A DNA stretch of 64,000 nt from Candidatus Azophilus sp. (GTDB lineage Bacteria; Pseudomonadota; Gammaproteobacteria; Pseudomonadales; Azotimanducaceae). This document shows positions 44,801 through 56,800 of the stretch, piece after piece (position 1 is the stretch's first letter; every line of letters begins with the position of its first letter). The stretch lies in NCBI GenBank assembly GCA_965247035.1, contig CBDFGJ010000003.1:1252840-1316839 (forward strand), in the 5' to 3' direction. A program made the position numbers and the translations under genes. The notes under the pieces are model-generated. The model worked only from the letters and a program-made list of their open reading frames with translations, ran no database searches and was not told the origin of the DNA.

Positions 44801-47800
44801 CGCTCCGGTTAATTTTGTCATAGTTCCGAGCGACCAGACGCTCACTTTCAACTGGGACGCACCGACCACCCGCACGGTCATCCACAGATACGAACTCAGA
44901 TGTGATAGCCCCAACAGTGCCGTCCGGGTCACGGCCATTGACGCGCCAGCCACCACCGCCACCTTCACGGGCCTTATCAACGGGGATGAATATGTTTGTG
45001 ATCTCAATTCCGAAAACACCCACGCTGGCACGACTAAAGACAGCGGAAATGTAAGACGCAGAGGGCAACCACTGGAGGCCGTTGGTGTCTCGGAAAACGC
45101 GGAGCGGAGTTATCCCAATGGCAACGTGAGGTTCACCGTCAGCGGTGAAACTACTCTGCAGCCGGGCAGCACCTACACCTACGAACTCAGGAAACCCAAC
45201 GGCAACATTCATGGGGATGATGTATTTGCCGTCGGCATACGCAGCAAGACCGCCAACCAAGTGGGATATGGCAGCGCCTGCGGCGATACTTTTTGCCTTG
45301 TAGTCGAGCCGGGCCGCGCAACCTCGGACACGACGCCTTCGGGTTATAACGATGTTGCCGAGAGATTTCTGGAACAAGGCGGGGAGTTCTGGCAAGCCAC
45401 CGTTCTGGTCTCCCCAACCGCACCGACTGGGGCATCGGTTGAACTCTTCACCAGATTTGCCGGCACCAACACTGATGCGGCGGAGTCTCACAGAGCGTTC
45501 ATCCTCACCGTGAAACCCGCAAGCGTGGATATAAATTTCTCGCCCATCGGCAATGCCGGGCCAAACCAAATCCTGCTCAGCGGTACCCGGGTGAGCCTGA
45601 ACGGCAGTGCTTTTGATCAAAACAACGATCCCCTGACCTATAACTGGGAACACACCAGCACCGATGGTGTTGAGCCAACCACGCCAATCAGCATCATCGA
45701 TAGCACCAAAGCCGGCGCATCCTTCATCGCGCCGATCGTGGACAAACCCACCCAATATCGATTCACCCTGAGGGTGGCAGATGCCGACACTGCGCACTCC
45801 GACCGTGTAGACATAGTAGTGGCACCGAGTGGCTCGATTGTCATCCCCGAATACATGTCGGCATTCACCATTGCCGGTTCGTCAAATCTGGGTAGCGGGT
45901 TGAATACTTTCACCGTCAAGCGCACCTACGGCAATTACTCCAGCCAAATCCGCGCAACCCTCAGCACCGATTCGTCCACTCCTAATCAGTATTCCGTGTT
46001 TGTGGACGGAAAGGCATACGGCCGTATTGAAGATACTGACACGCTCGGGGCATTTGTCTGGAAGATACCACTGCCATCAAAAAATCAATGGCGAATCGGG
46101 ATTGACCCAACCTCCGGGGCGCGGGTGGGTGACACGCTGACCCTGGGCATGGCAACCGATAACCCCGCTCGCTACTATCAACCAACCAGGACGCTGCGTT
46201 ATCGCACGCAAGTAAGTTTGATTGCCAACGCCGGTGCCGATCAACTCGCGGCGAACGGTGATCGGATAACTTTGGATGCAAGCGACAGTAGCGGCGATTC
46301 GGTCGCTTATTCCTGGCGACAGACCGGCGGACACATGGTTACGCTGACAAATGCGGACACTGCCACGCCATTTTTCATCGCACCGCGCCTTGGTGAAATG
46401 ACCGATCTGGTATTTGAATTGACGGCGACAGACGCCGCCAGCACCACCGAAACCGACACCGTAATCGTCTCGGTGGTGCCGCCCGGTGCAATCATCATCG
46501 ACGACCCCGAACGTGCGGCAGGGCAATCGGCGGTGTTCACGCTGGAAGGTCCCACCACGCTGATACCCGACACTCCCCAGACCTACACCTTGCGACTCAT
46601 TCATGGTGGCTATACCGAATCAGGCACTCTATCCGAGCAGATTGGCGTGGGTATATTCAGCGATGTTGCCGCCGATGACAGCAAGTTCTCGCTCGCCATA
46701 GATCCGGTGGTTGCCGGCGGGGTGAACCCAATAACCTGTAATAGTTGTGGCGTATTTGCTTCGGCCGGCGGGCTGGCGGCGAACTCGCAAAACATCTGGG
46801 AGCTCACCGTTACCGCATCCGGCGCGGCGGTAGAAGGCGATCAGGTCCAATTCGGTTTGGTCACCTTTACCCAGCCGGCGCAAGCACATGTGCCCACCAT
46901 GACGCTGACTACCGGGAAGAGCGCGCAGAATAACCCGCCTGCCATTCTCGGTGTAACGACAGTGCAGTATGCCGAGAATGACAGCGTCCTCGTAGCGGAG
47001 TTCACCGCCACCGATGCCGAGCGGGATGACATCACCTTCGGTTTGACCGGTCTGGATGCGGGTTTCTTTGAAATCGGCAACGGCGGTGATGACCACGGCA
47101 AATTATTTTTCCAGGTCAACCCGGATTTTGAGAATCCGGACCGCTTTGACATCAACGCCGGCGCCACGGACAACACCTATCAGGTAACCATTACTGCCAC
47201 TGATAACGGCAGCCCGCAGGCGGTCGGCAACCATCCGGTGGTCATCACGCTCTCCGATGTCAGCGAGCCGGGCACGGTTACCGTCACCGGCAACAGTCAA
47301 GTCGGGCAGGAGTTGACCGCCACTTTGCAAGACGGAGATGCGATTCAAGGCGAAGTGAGTTGGCAATGGCAACGCAGCAATGTGCCGCCTGTCTATAACG
47401 ACATCGACAGTGCCACCGAAGCGATCTACACTCCGACCAACGACGATCAAGGCCGAATCCTGCGTGCCAGGGCGAGTTACACCGACAGCCATGGATCTCA
47501 GAGTGCCGCCGATTTGTCCAGAAGGATAGTGAGCGCAGTCGATCTGGTTGCAACGATCGCTGAGTTGGGCACACCCACAGCCGGTCAGCCGGCAAGCGTG
47601 AGAGTTGATTTCACCTCGATGGTTACCGACTTGACGCTGGAAAGATTCTCTGCCACCAACGCCAACCTGAACTCCCTCGCCGGTAGCAACACCGAGTATG
47701 TCGTCGTCTACACCCCGGTCACGGAGGACGCGGTAACCCTGAGCCTTGCCGCCGATTTCGCCAAAAACAGGGATGGCACCAGCAACCCGGCAACGGCAAG

Positions 47801-50800
47801 CGGCACGGCGGTGATGGCAGTCGCCGAATCATCATCGGCCATCCCGAGTTTTACCGCCGAAGCTACCTTTGTCGGCATCACCACCGGTGAGTGGAGTTAT
47901 GACAACGAATTCAAAACTGCCATAGCGGACTTGATACGCAGGGGGGCGCAATCGGCTGATGTCAGGATAAACGGCCTCCGTGCTACCGCCACTGCACTGA
48001 CGGTGGAATTTGAAGTAGTAGCAGCCGATGTCACCCGACTCAACGCCCGTTTGTTGGCATACAACGCCCTGCCTGCCGCAGCATTCAGCCGCACCTTGGC
48101 TAAGGTCGCCGCCGGTGCCACCAGCGTCACCACCACTATCGCCACAGCATCGCTGCTCACCGCCAACGACAAGCCGGTCGCCAGGGCGGGTTCTAACCAA
48201 ACGGTATTGCAAGGCGAAGGCGTGACGCTGGACGGCGGCGCCAGCACCGACTCCGATGGCAGCATCACGACCTACGCCTGGCGGCAAATCAGCGGCACCG
48301 TGGTTGCCTTGACTCGTGGAGCCACCGCCAGTCAGTCGGTATTCACCGCTCTGCACTCTCCCGAGACTTTGATTTTTGAACTGACCGTAACCGATAACCA
48401 TGGCGACATCGACAGCGAGCAAATAATGGTCACCATCCTGCCGGACGCTGATGCGAGCCTGTCCGGTTTGACCATTTCCTCAGGCACCCTGGCTCCCTTG
48501 TTCTTGTCCACCCATCCGACCTATACCGCGGAAGTGCCGATTGGAGTGGAAAGAATCACCGTTACACCGACCGTGAACAACGATGGTGCAACCCTGATGG
48601 TGAACCGCGTTGACTTGGAAAGGGGCAGTGCCAGCCAAGCGATTCCGCTGACCGTCGGCGTCCCCGCCGAGGTTGTTATCAAGGTCACCGCCGAGGACGG
48701 CGAAGCATCGCAAACCTATACGGTCACCGTCACCCGCACATCTAACGCGGGCCCAAGAATCACCGGCACTAGACAGGTAGGATATAACGAAAATCACGAT
48801 GGTACTGTGGCGACCTACACTGCGGTCGATGTCGAGGGAGATGCCTTTGCCTGGTCGCTCGGCGGTGAAGGCGCGCCCTTCTTCTCAATTGATCGCGGTG
48901 TCTTGACTTTTAGCGACCCACCGGACTTTGAATACGCGGAACACGACAACACCTACGACATACTCATCACCGCCACCGAAACCAATCGAGTTCCGCCGGC
49001 GGTGAGCGAACTGCCGGTAACGATCACGGTCATCAATGTGAATGAACCGGGCAGCGTCATCGTCACAGGTGATTTGCGGGTCGGGGCAACCTTGACCGCC
49101 GAACTGGAGGATCCGGATGGTGGTATCCTTGAAACCGAATACCTCTGGGCACGCCAGCCGGTCAGCGCGTCGGGTTTCCAGAGGATTGCCGGGGAAACGA
49201 ATCAGACCTATACCCTGACCACAGACGATATCAACCACATAATAAGATCCAGAGTTAATTATAAAGACAGATTTGGTGGCGCGTTTGTTACCATCGACAC
49301 AGAAACCGAAGCCATACTCAGCCGGGAATACGACACTGGCAGAAATACCAACAGCGGAGATTTCACTATCAAAGCCGAAGGTCCCTCCACGATTAGACCG
49401 GGGGAAAATAATTTCACCGTGACGGTAGTGCGAGGCTCTTACTCTAGTTCGGAATTTCATGCGGTGGGTATCTACAGCGATGTCGCTGTCTCCGGCGAGG
49501 AAACCATTGCCCGTAGTGTGGATTGTGGGCGGCTACAGCCTTTATTTTGCCTCCGTTCCAGCAGTAGCAGTGGCATCACCGAATATTCCAATGCGGGATT
49601 GACCTACGCTGATGGTGCGGCGGACTATTTGAATGTCACCGGCTCTCGTAATAATGCCTCCGGCGCAACCTGGACTTACACCATCATTGTCAGCCCCAAG
49701 GCACTGCATGACCAGGTCATTAGCCTGGCTTACGCCACCACTGACGAGTTTGTTCAGGGCAGCACTGCCTACAAGTTTTTCGACCTGACAGTGGAGGTTC
49801 CGGTTCCTGAAGCACCGCGCAATCTGGTTGTGCGCGGCGACGATGAAGAGGTGACGCTCACTTGGGATGCGCCGGCAAATGTCGCAGATGCGGGCGTCCT
49901 TCGTTATGAATACCGACAAAGCACAATACCAAGAAACTTCAGCGGCGTCTGGAGTGCCATTGAAAGTGGCGACGCCATCTTTAATCTAGAAAACGGCATC
50001 AGATACTACTATCAGGTGCGCGCCGTAACCTCGAGGGGAGAAGGAGCTGCCGCCGAAGCGAGCGCGGAGGTAGTACCCAGACCCGAAGTCGCTTATTTTG
50101 AGTTGCCGACCGACATGGCCGCCACCATGGCCGCCACGGCGACCATGACATTCGCCACGCCGGTGCGTGGCTTGAGCCGAAATGAAGCGGAATGGAGGAC
50201 TAATATCACCACTACCAATGCCCGCATCGAAAGTATACGCAATGTTGATCAGGACAAAATCTACCGAGGTATTGGTGCCGCACCGCTCGGTTTTGACGGG
50301 CTCACCAGAAGTTACGAAGTCACCTTTAGACCGCTTACCGCTGGGCGAATAAACCTGGTCGTGCATAGCAGTTCAGTATCCAGCGCAGCGGGCCACCAAA
50401 ATGTTGTGTTTAGTGCCAGTGGTATTGTGCGCTCGATGCCGCCGCCCGGCGTGCCTGCCAACTTCGCCGTGCGCGCCGGCGATAAAAGCATCAGCATGAC
50501 CTGGGAGCAGCCGGTCACGGGCGGCATGGTTGCCACTTATCTCACCGAGTGTGTGTCCGGCGACAGTCGAAGCGCCATGGACACATCAGAACTGCGCGTT
50601 ACGCACACCAGCCTAATCAACACCAGGCAATACCGATGCACCCTGAGTGCGCGAAACTCGGAAGGCGAAAGCGCCCAAGCGATTGCCGAGGCACGTCCGC
50701 TTGTGGATGAAGGCACGGCGGTAGATGGGACAAACTTTAACCCTGCGGGCAACCGCGTATTCACAATCCGAGGCCCGGTCACGATTAGAGCCGGCGGTGT

Positions 50801-53800
50801 CTATAGATTTGAATTGAGCAAGCCGTTCGGCGATGTGGAACACGATAGGCAACAAAGCGTGGCTTTGTATAGCGAGAGTAGTGCCGATTCCATCGCCCTC
50901 GGCGACAGTGGCTGTGGCAGTCGTTTCTGCTTCTCAACCGATTCCTCGGTCGATGCCTACTCCGGCTTGGATGGTCAAGCCGACTCGGCCGGTAATTACC
51001 TGCAGAAGGGCGGAGCCTTCTGGATGTTAACCCTCCATGTTGGCGAGGATGTCACCGAAGGCGAGCAGGTTTTCATCGGCATGCGAGAGCATGGCACATC
51101 GGAAGGCAACCGGCTTGGGCGGATGCTTACCCTGAATGTGGAGGTTGCCCAGCCGTCGGAGCCGCGTAATCTGCGGGTGATCGGTTCCTCCGGACGCGCC
51201 ACTTTGATTTGGGTGCAACCGGAAAGCGATGGCGGCACACCGGTCACTCGCTATGAATACCGCGTCAGCCAGACTGCAGGACAGTATTCAAACGCCCAGG
51301 GCAGATGGATGGCGATTCCTGACAGTGCCTTCAAAAACCAGTATGTTGTGCCGAACCTGCAAAACGGCAGACGATATTACTTTCAAACGCGTGCGGTAAA
51401 CGTTGCGGGGCCGGGCCAGCCATCGGTTGAGGCAAACGTTGTCATCAGAGAAAGGCCCGAACTCGCCGTGCCATTTACTCTACCGGAGGACATGATCGCG
51501 GGCAGAGCATCCACGGTGACCATCACCTTCGTGTCGGCGGTCAATGGTCTCGGCGTAGACCCTGTTGATTGGGTATCCGACTTTCTCGGCAGCAACAATG
51601 TGGTGATCAACAGCGTGCGCAATGTTGACCAGAACAAAACCTACAACGGTCAAGGCGCCGCGCCGAGTGGCTTTGATCGCGAGACTCGAAGTTACGTCAT
51701 CACCTTCACGCCACAGATATTCGGCATAACCAGCGTTGAGATCGGCATAGACGGTGTGCGCATCGGTGGTCTTGACAGCACCATCGGGTATGGCAATGAA
51801 AACCTGCTCACCGCCATCAGCCATTCTCTGGAACCGCCGCGACCCTCCACCCCCACTGGCCTGGTCGCTCGACTAGACGGTGATGACGATATTGCTCTGG
51901 ATTGGGATCCTGCACCCCAAGACGACACTGTGGTTGATTATCTGGTGACCTGCACCACTACCAACTCGGCAATTGATCCGCCCTTAATCCATACCGCAAC
52001 CACCACCAATACCGAGGCTGTCATTGTGGACCCGCGCCTTGCAGCGGAATATGAATGTCGCGTGATTGCCCGCAATCAGGGCGGTTCCAGTGGTCATGCT
52101 TCAGCAACAATCGTGCCACGCTCATCTGAAATAATACCGGATGAAACCTTGACCTATTCGGACCCGGATAGCAACTTTGCCATCCAATTGAGCCGTGGTC
52201 CCAGAACGGTCTCTCCGGGCGAAACCTATCGATACCATCTCCGGCTTGCCGACGGCTCTATCGATGAGGTCACCCATGTCGCCATAGGTATATACAGCAG
52301 GACGGCGAATAAGGTTGAACTCATTGACAATGATTGCTCTTTGACTTTCTGCATGGATGTTGCCAACACCGGCGCTAGCGGCACCCTCCTTACCAACAGA
52401 GGTTACGCTGACGGTGCCGCCCAGTATCTGCAGAGGAGCATGATCGGCAATAACTGGACCCTTGTAATTGAGATTGCTGCTGATGCGGCTGACGGTGAAA
52501 CATTTGACATCGCCGTAGTGCAAACGCCACGCGGCGTGGACAAAACATCACCACTGCTCAGCGTCATCGTGCACGCCGAGCCACCCCTGCCACCTATTTT
52601 CATGGATCCGGTCGGTGCGGATGGCGAGGTCACGTTGGCATGGGGGCCGAACACTGAAAAAAACAACGCGATTGCCGGATATGAGTATCGCCAAACCACG
52701 ACTGCGGGATCATATCCCAGCCGAACCAGCCCCTGGACACGCGTCTCCAACAGCGCCGCCAGCAGCAGAGTCTGGAACATCACCGGGCTACTCAACAATG
52801 TGCGCTACTACTACCAGATACGTGCGATTGGCGAGACCACTGGCGCCGGCTCGCCAAGCGCAGAGAAATCAGTCGCGGTTGGACCCAGGCCCCAACTCTC
52901 CGGCACCTTCTCCTTGCCGGGCGGAATAGTTGCGGGCGAAGAAGCCAATACGACTGTCACCTTCGCCACGTCGGTCAACGGTCTTGCTATCAGCCCGACG
53001 GACTGGGCGAGTGATTTCCGCAACTCTGTTAATACGCGGGTTATTCGCGTACGCAATGTTGATCAAGATAAAACCTACAACGGGCTGGGTAACGCACCAG
53101 AGGGGTATGCTGCCGAGACCAGAAGTTACACCATCACCTTCTCGCCAATGAACGACGGCAATACCAGTTTGACGATAAGCGAGGGAGCGGTGCGCATCGG
53201 TGACAGCAATGACTTTTTCAGTGCCCGGCAATTCTCCGCCCGCGGGAGTGCCAGTAGGCCGGCAAGACCGGGTGCCCCCATCGATTTTGGAGTCATTCCC
53301 GGCGACGGTAGCGCCACCCTCTTCTGGGGAGCACCGACCAGCGGTGGCACCCCCACCGAATACGAGGTGCAATGCGTGGTGGGCTCGACTGGTACGGGGA
53401 CTCGGACGGATACGGAAACCTTCACCCACACCATCACCGGGCTCACCAATGACAGGGAATATGTTTGCCATGTGGTATCCGTCAACTCTGGGGGCAGCAG
53501 CCCGCGCACACCGGAAATAAGCGTTTGGCCACGCGCACTGACTGTTGGCGTGGATGCGACAACGGAAGATATTGCGGTGCGTGGCGTCACGTTTAATCTG
53601 ATCGGTGCGACCACACTCCGACCCATGCGCGCCTATCGTTATGAACTGCGCAAGCCCACCGGCGATATCAATGGTGATACAAGCATCAGTTTTGCTATCA
53701 ATTCCGCCGAAACAAGCGTCGGTGCCGGCCGTCAGGATGACCCAGGCGATGATAACGGTTGCAGTAGCCGATTTTGTATATATACAACGAACCGCACCGA

Positions 53801-56800
53801 GATTGCCAAACTAGACCACCGTCCGATTGGATACACTGATAGTGCAGGATGGTTTTTGCAGGATGGTGGAAATTTCTGGACATTTAGTCTTGAAGTTAAA
53901 TCGGAAGCCGTTAATGGCGATCAGATAGTCTTTACCATCAGAGGTCCGGCAGGCGATACCGATATTCAAGAGATACTCACCGCCACCGTCGAAATTGTGG
54001 CTTCCGGCGCACCGACCAATCTGCAGGCGACCAACCAGGGCAACGACATCAGACTGTCATGGGATGAGCCCGATGACAATGGTGGTGAAAGCATCACTCG
54101 TTACGAGGCTCAGTATCGGCAAAGGAATACCAACGACGCCTGGAGTTCTGTGAGAGCCCCAAGGACCGACAACCCCAACGTCGTGATCACGAATTTGGTT
54201 AGCATGCAGGGATATGTTTTCCGCGTGCGCGTCATAACCTCGGTGGGTGTTGGCATCTGGTCCGACGAAATCGTCAGGGCGGCGGGAACAAGACCAGACC
54301 TGACTTCGCCCGCCGGCTTGCCGGACGACATGGCTGTCGGTGCGCAGAGCAGGCTGGTGCTTGATTTTGCAGCCCCGGTCGAAGGTCTCGGCATCAACCC
54401 GACTGACTGGATAGATGATTTTTCCGCTAGTACCAATGTGATCATCGAGCGCGTGGAGAATGTTACTGAAGCGGTGACCTACGATGGTGTTGGCGACCCG
54501 CCGGCAAATTTTCACCTCCCAAGCAGATCATTTGTCATCCACTTCACGCCCATTGCTCTCGGTGTTGCGGATATCACCATCCGCACGCGCGCAATACGAA
54601 GAGAACTTTTCAATGATGTACCGATTGTGCTTGGCGGCGAGGTGAATCAACTGGGCAGACCGGACGCTCCGGTTAATTTTGTCGTAACTTCGGGTGCCAA
54701 TACGCTCATCCTCAACTGGGACGCACCGGCAACCGGCACGGTCATCCACAGATACCGGGCAAGATGTGTAGATTCCAGCAGAGACGTCGAGCGGAGCGCG
54801 ACCATTGACGCGCCAGCCACCACCACCACTTTCACTGGCCTGACCAACGGAGAAGACTATTTTTGTGAACTCTTTTCCGAAAACACCCACGCCGGCACGA
54901 CTAAAAACAGCGGGAGTGTGAGACGTAGCGGGCGACCCCTGGCGATCAGCGGCGCCTCCTCGTCATCGGATCAGAGTTATCCCAATGGCAACGTGAGGTT
55001 CACCGTCAACGGTGAGACCACGCTGGATCGGAATGGCGACTACACCTACGAACTCAGGAAACCCGGCGGCAACATTCATGGGGATGATGTATATGCCGTC
55101 GGCATACGCAGCAAGATCGCCGATCAAGTGGGGTATGGCGACGACTGCGGCAATACTTTTTGCCTTGAAGTCCACACTGGCCGCGAAATTTCGCACACGC
55201 CGCCTTCGGGTTATCTTGATGTTGCCGAGAGATTCTTGCAACGAGGCGGGAATTACTGGCGCATCACCGTGCAGGTCGCCACATTTGCACCGACTGGGGC
55301 ATCGGTTGAACTCTTCACCAGATTTGCCGGCACCAACAATGATGCGGCGGAGTCTCACAGAATGCTCTTTCTCACCGTGCAGCCACCGGGTGCTGATGCA
55401 AATATCTCGCCCGAAGCCGATGCCGGTGAAGACCAAATCCTGCTCAGCGGTGTCCAAGTGAGCCTGAGCGGCACTGGCTTCGACCAGAATGGCGACGAAC
55501 TGACCTACGAGTGGGAACACACCAGCACCAATGGTGTTGAGCCAAGCCAGCGGATCAATATCACCAATAGCACCGAAGCCACCGCATCCTTCACCGCACC
55601 GAGCGCGAGTTCGACAGACGCCATTGAGTATGAGTTCTCCCTGAAGGTGGAAGATGCCACTGCTGCCGACTTTGACACAGTATCCGTTGTAGTGGTGCCG
55701 GATGGTTCAATCATCATTCCCCAACGCAACCTGGCATTCGCCATTGAGGGACCCACAACACTGGAACTGGGTGATAATCAATTTACCCTGATTCGCCTCT
55801 ATGGAGGTTACACCAACGTTCACGCTGGCAATATAGAAACTCAGGTCGGGCTGGTCCTCAGTACCGCACTGGAACCAAATCTGGCACGCGCATTTGACCT
55901 CGTTCCGCCTGCCGGTTTTTTCAGCAGTAAAAATGTGGTTGAAAACGGAGCCTTCGGCAGGTATGCCGTGGAAGCAGTGCTTACATCCAACATCTTCGGG
56001 CGCGTTTTCAAGGTAAACGCCAAGACAAGCGCAAGAACGGGCGACCTCCTGACTCTGGGCTTGGCAACCTATCAACCGGATCGCTTCTGGCAACCGACCT
56101 TGGCATTGCGTTATCAAGAACTGGAGGAATTAGTCGCCGACGCCGGTGCCGATCAAATCGTGCCGAGCGGTGCGTCGGTAGCGTTAAACGCAGGCGACAG
56201 CACCGGCGATTCAGTCGGTTATGTCTGGCGACAGACCGAGGGGGCTCCCGCGGTTACGCTGACAGGAGAGAACACTGCCACCCCGACCTTCACCGCGCCG
56301 GCTGTGACCGCAATGACTGACCTCGTATTTGAGGTGACGGTGACCGATAGCACGACCAGCAGTCAAACCGACACCCTGACCATCTCGGTGGCGCCGCCCG
56401 ATGCGATCATCATCAACCACCCCGGTCGTGCCGGCGGACAAGCGGCGGTGTTCACGCTGGAGGGTCCCACCACGCTGATACCCGGCGCCCAGCAGGACTA
56501 CACCCTGAACCTCATCCACGGTGCCTATACCCAGGCAGCGATTCGGTCTGAGCAGATTGGCGTGGGCATATTCAGCGATGTTGTCACCGATGGCAGCAAG
56601 TTCTCGCTCTCCATAGACCCGGCAGTTGCCGCGGGTCTGGCTCCACTAACGAACTGTGGTTGCGGCGAATTTACTTCCGCCAGCGGGCTGGCACCGAACG
56701 TGCAAAACACCTGGGCTCTCGCCGTCACCGCAACAAACGAGGCGGAAGAAAACGATCAACTCAGGCTCGGTTTGGTAACTTTTGCACCGACAGAATTAGC

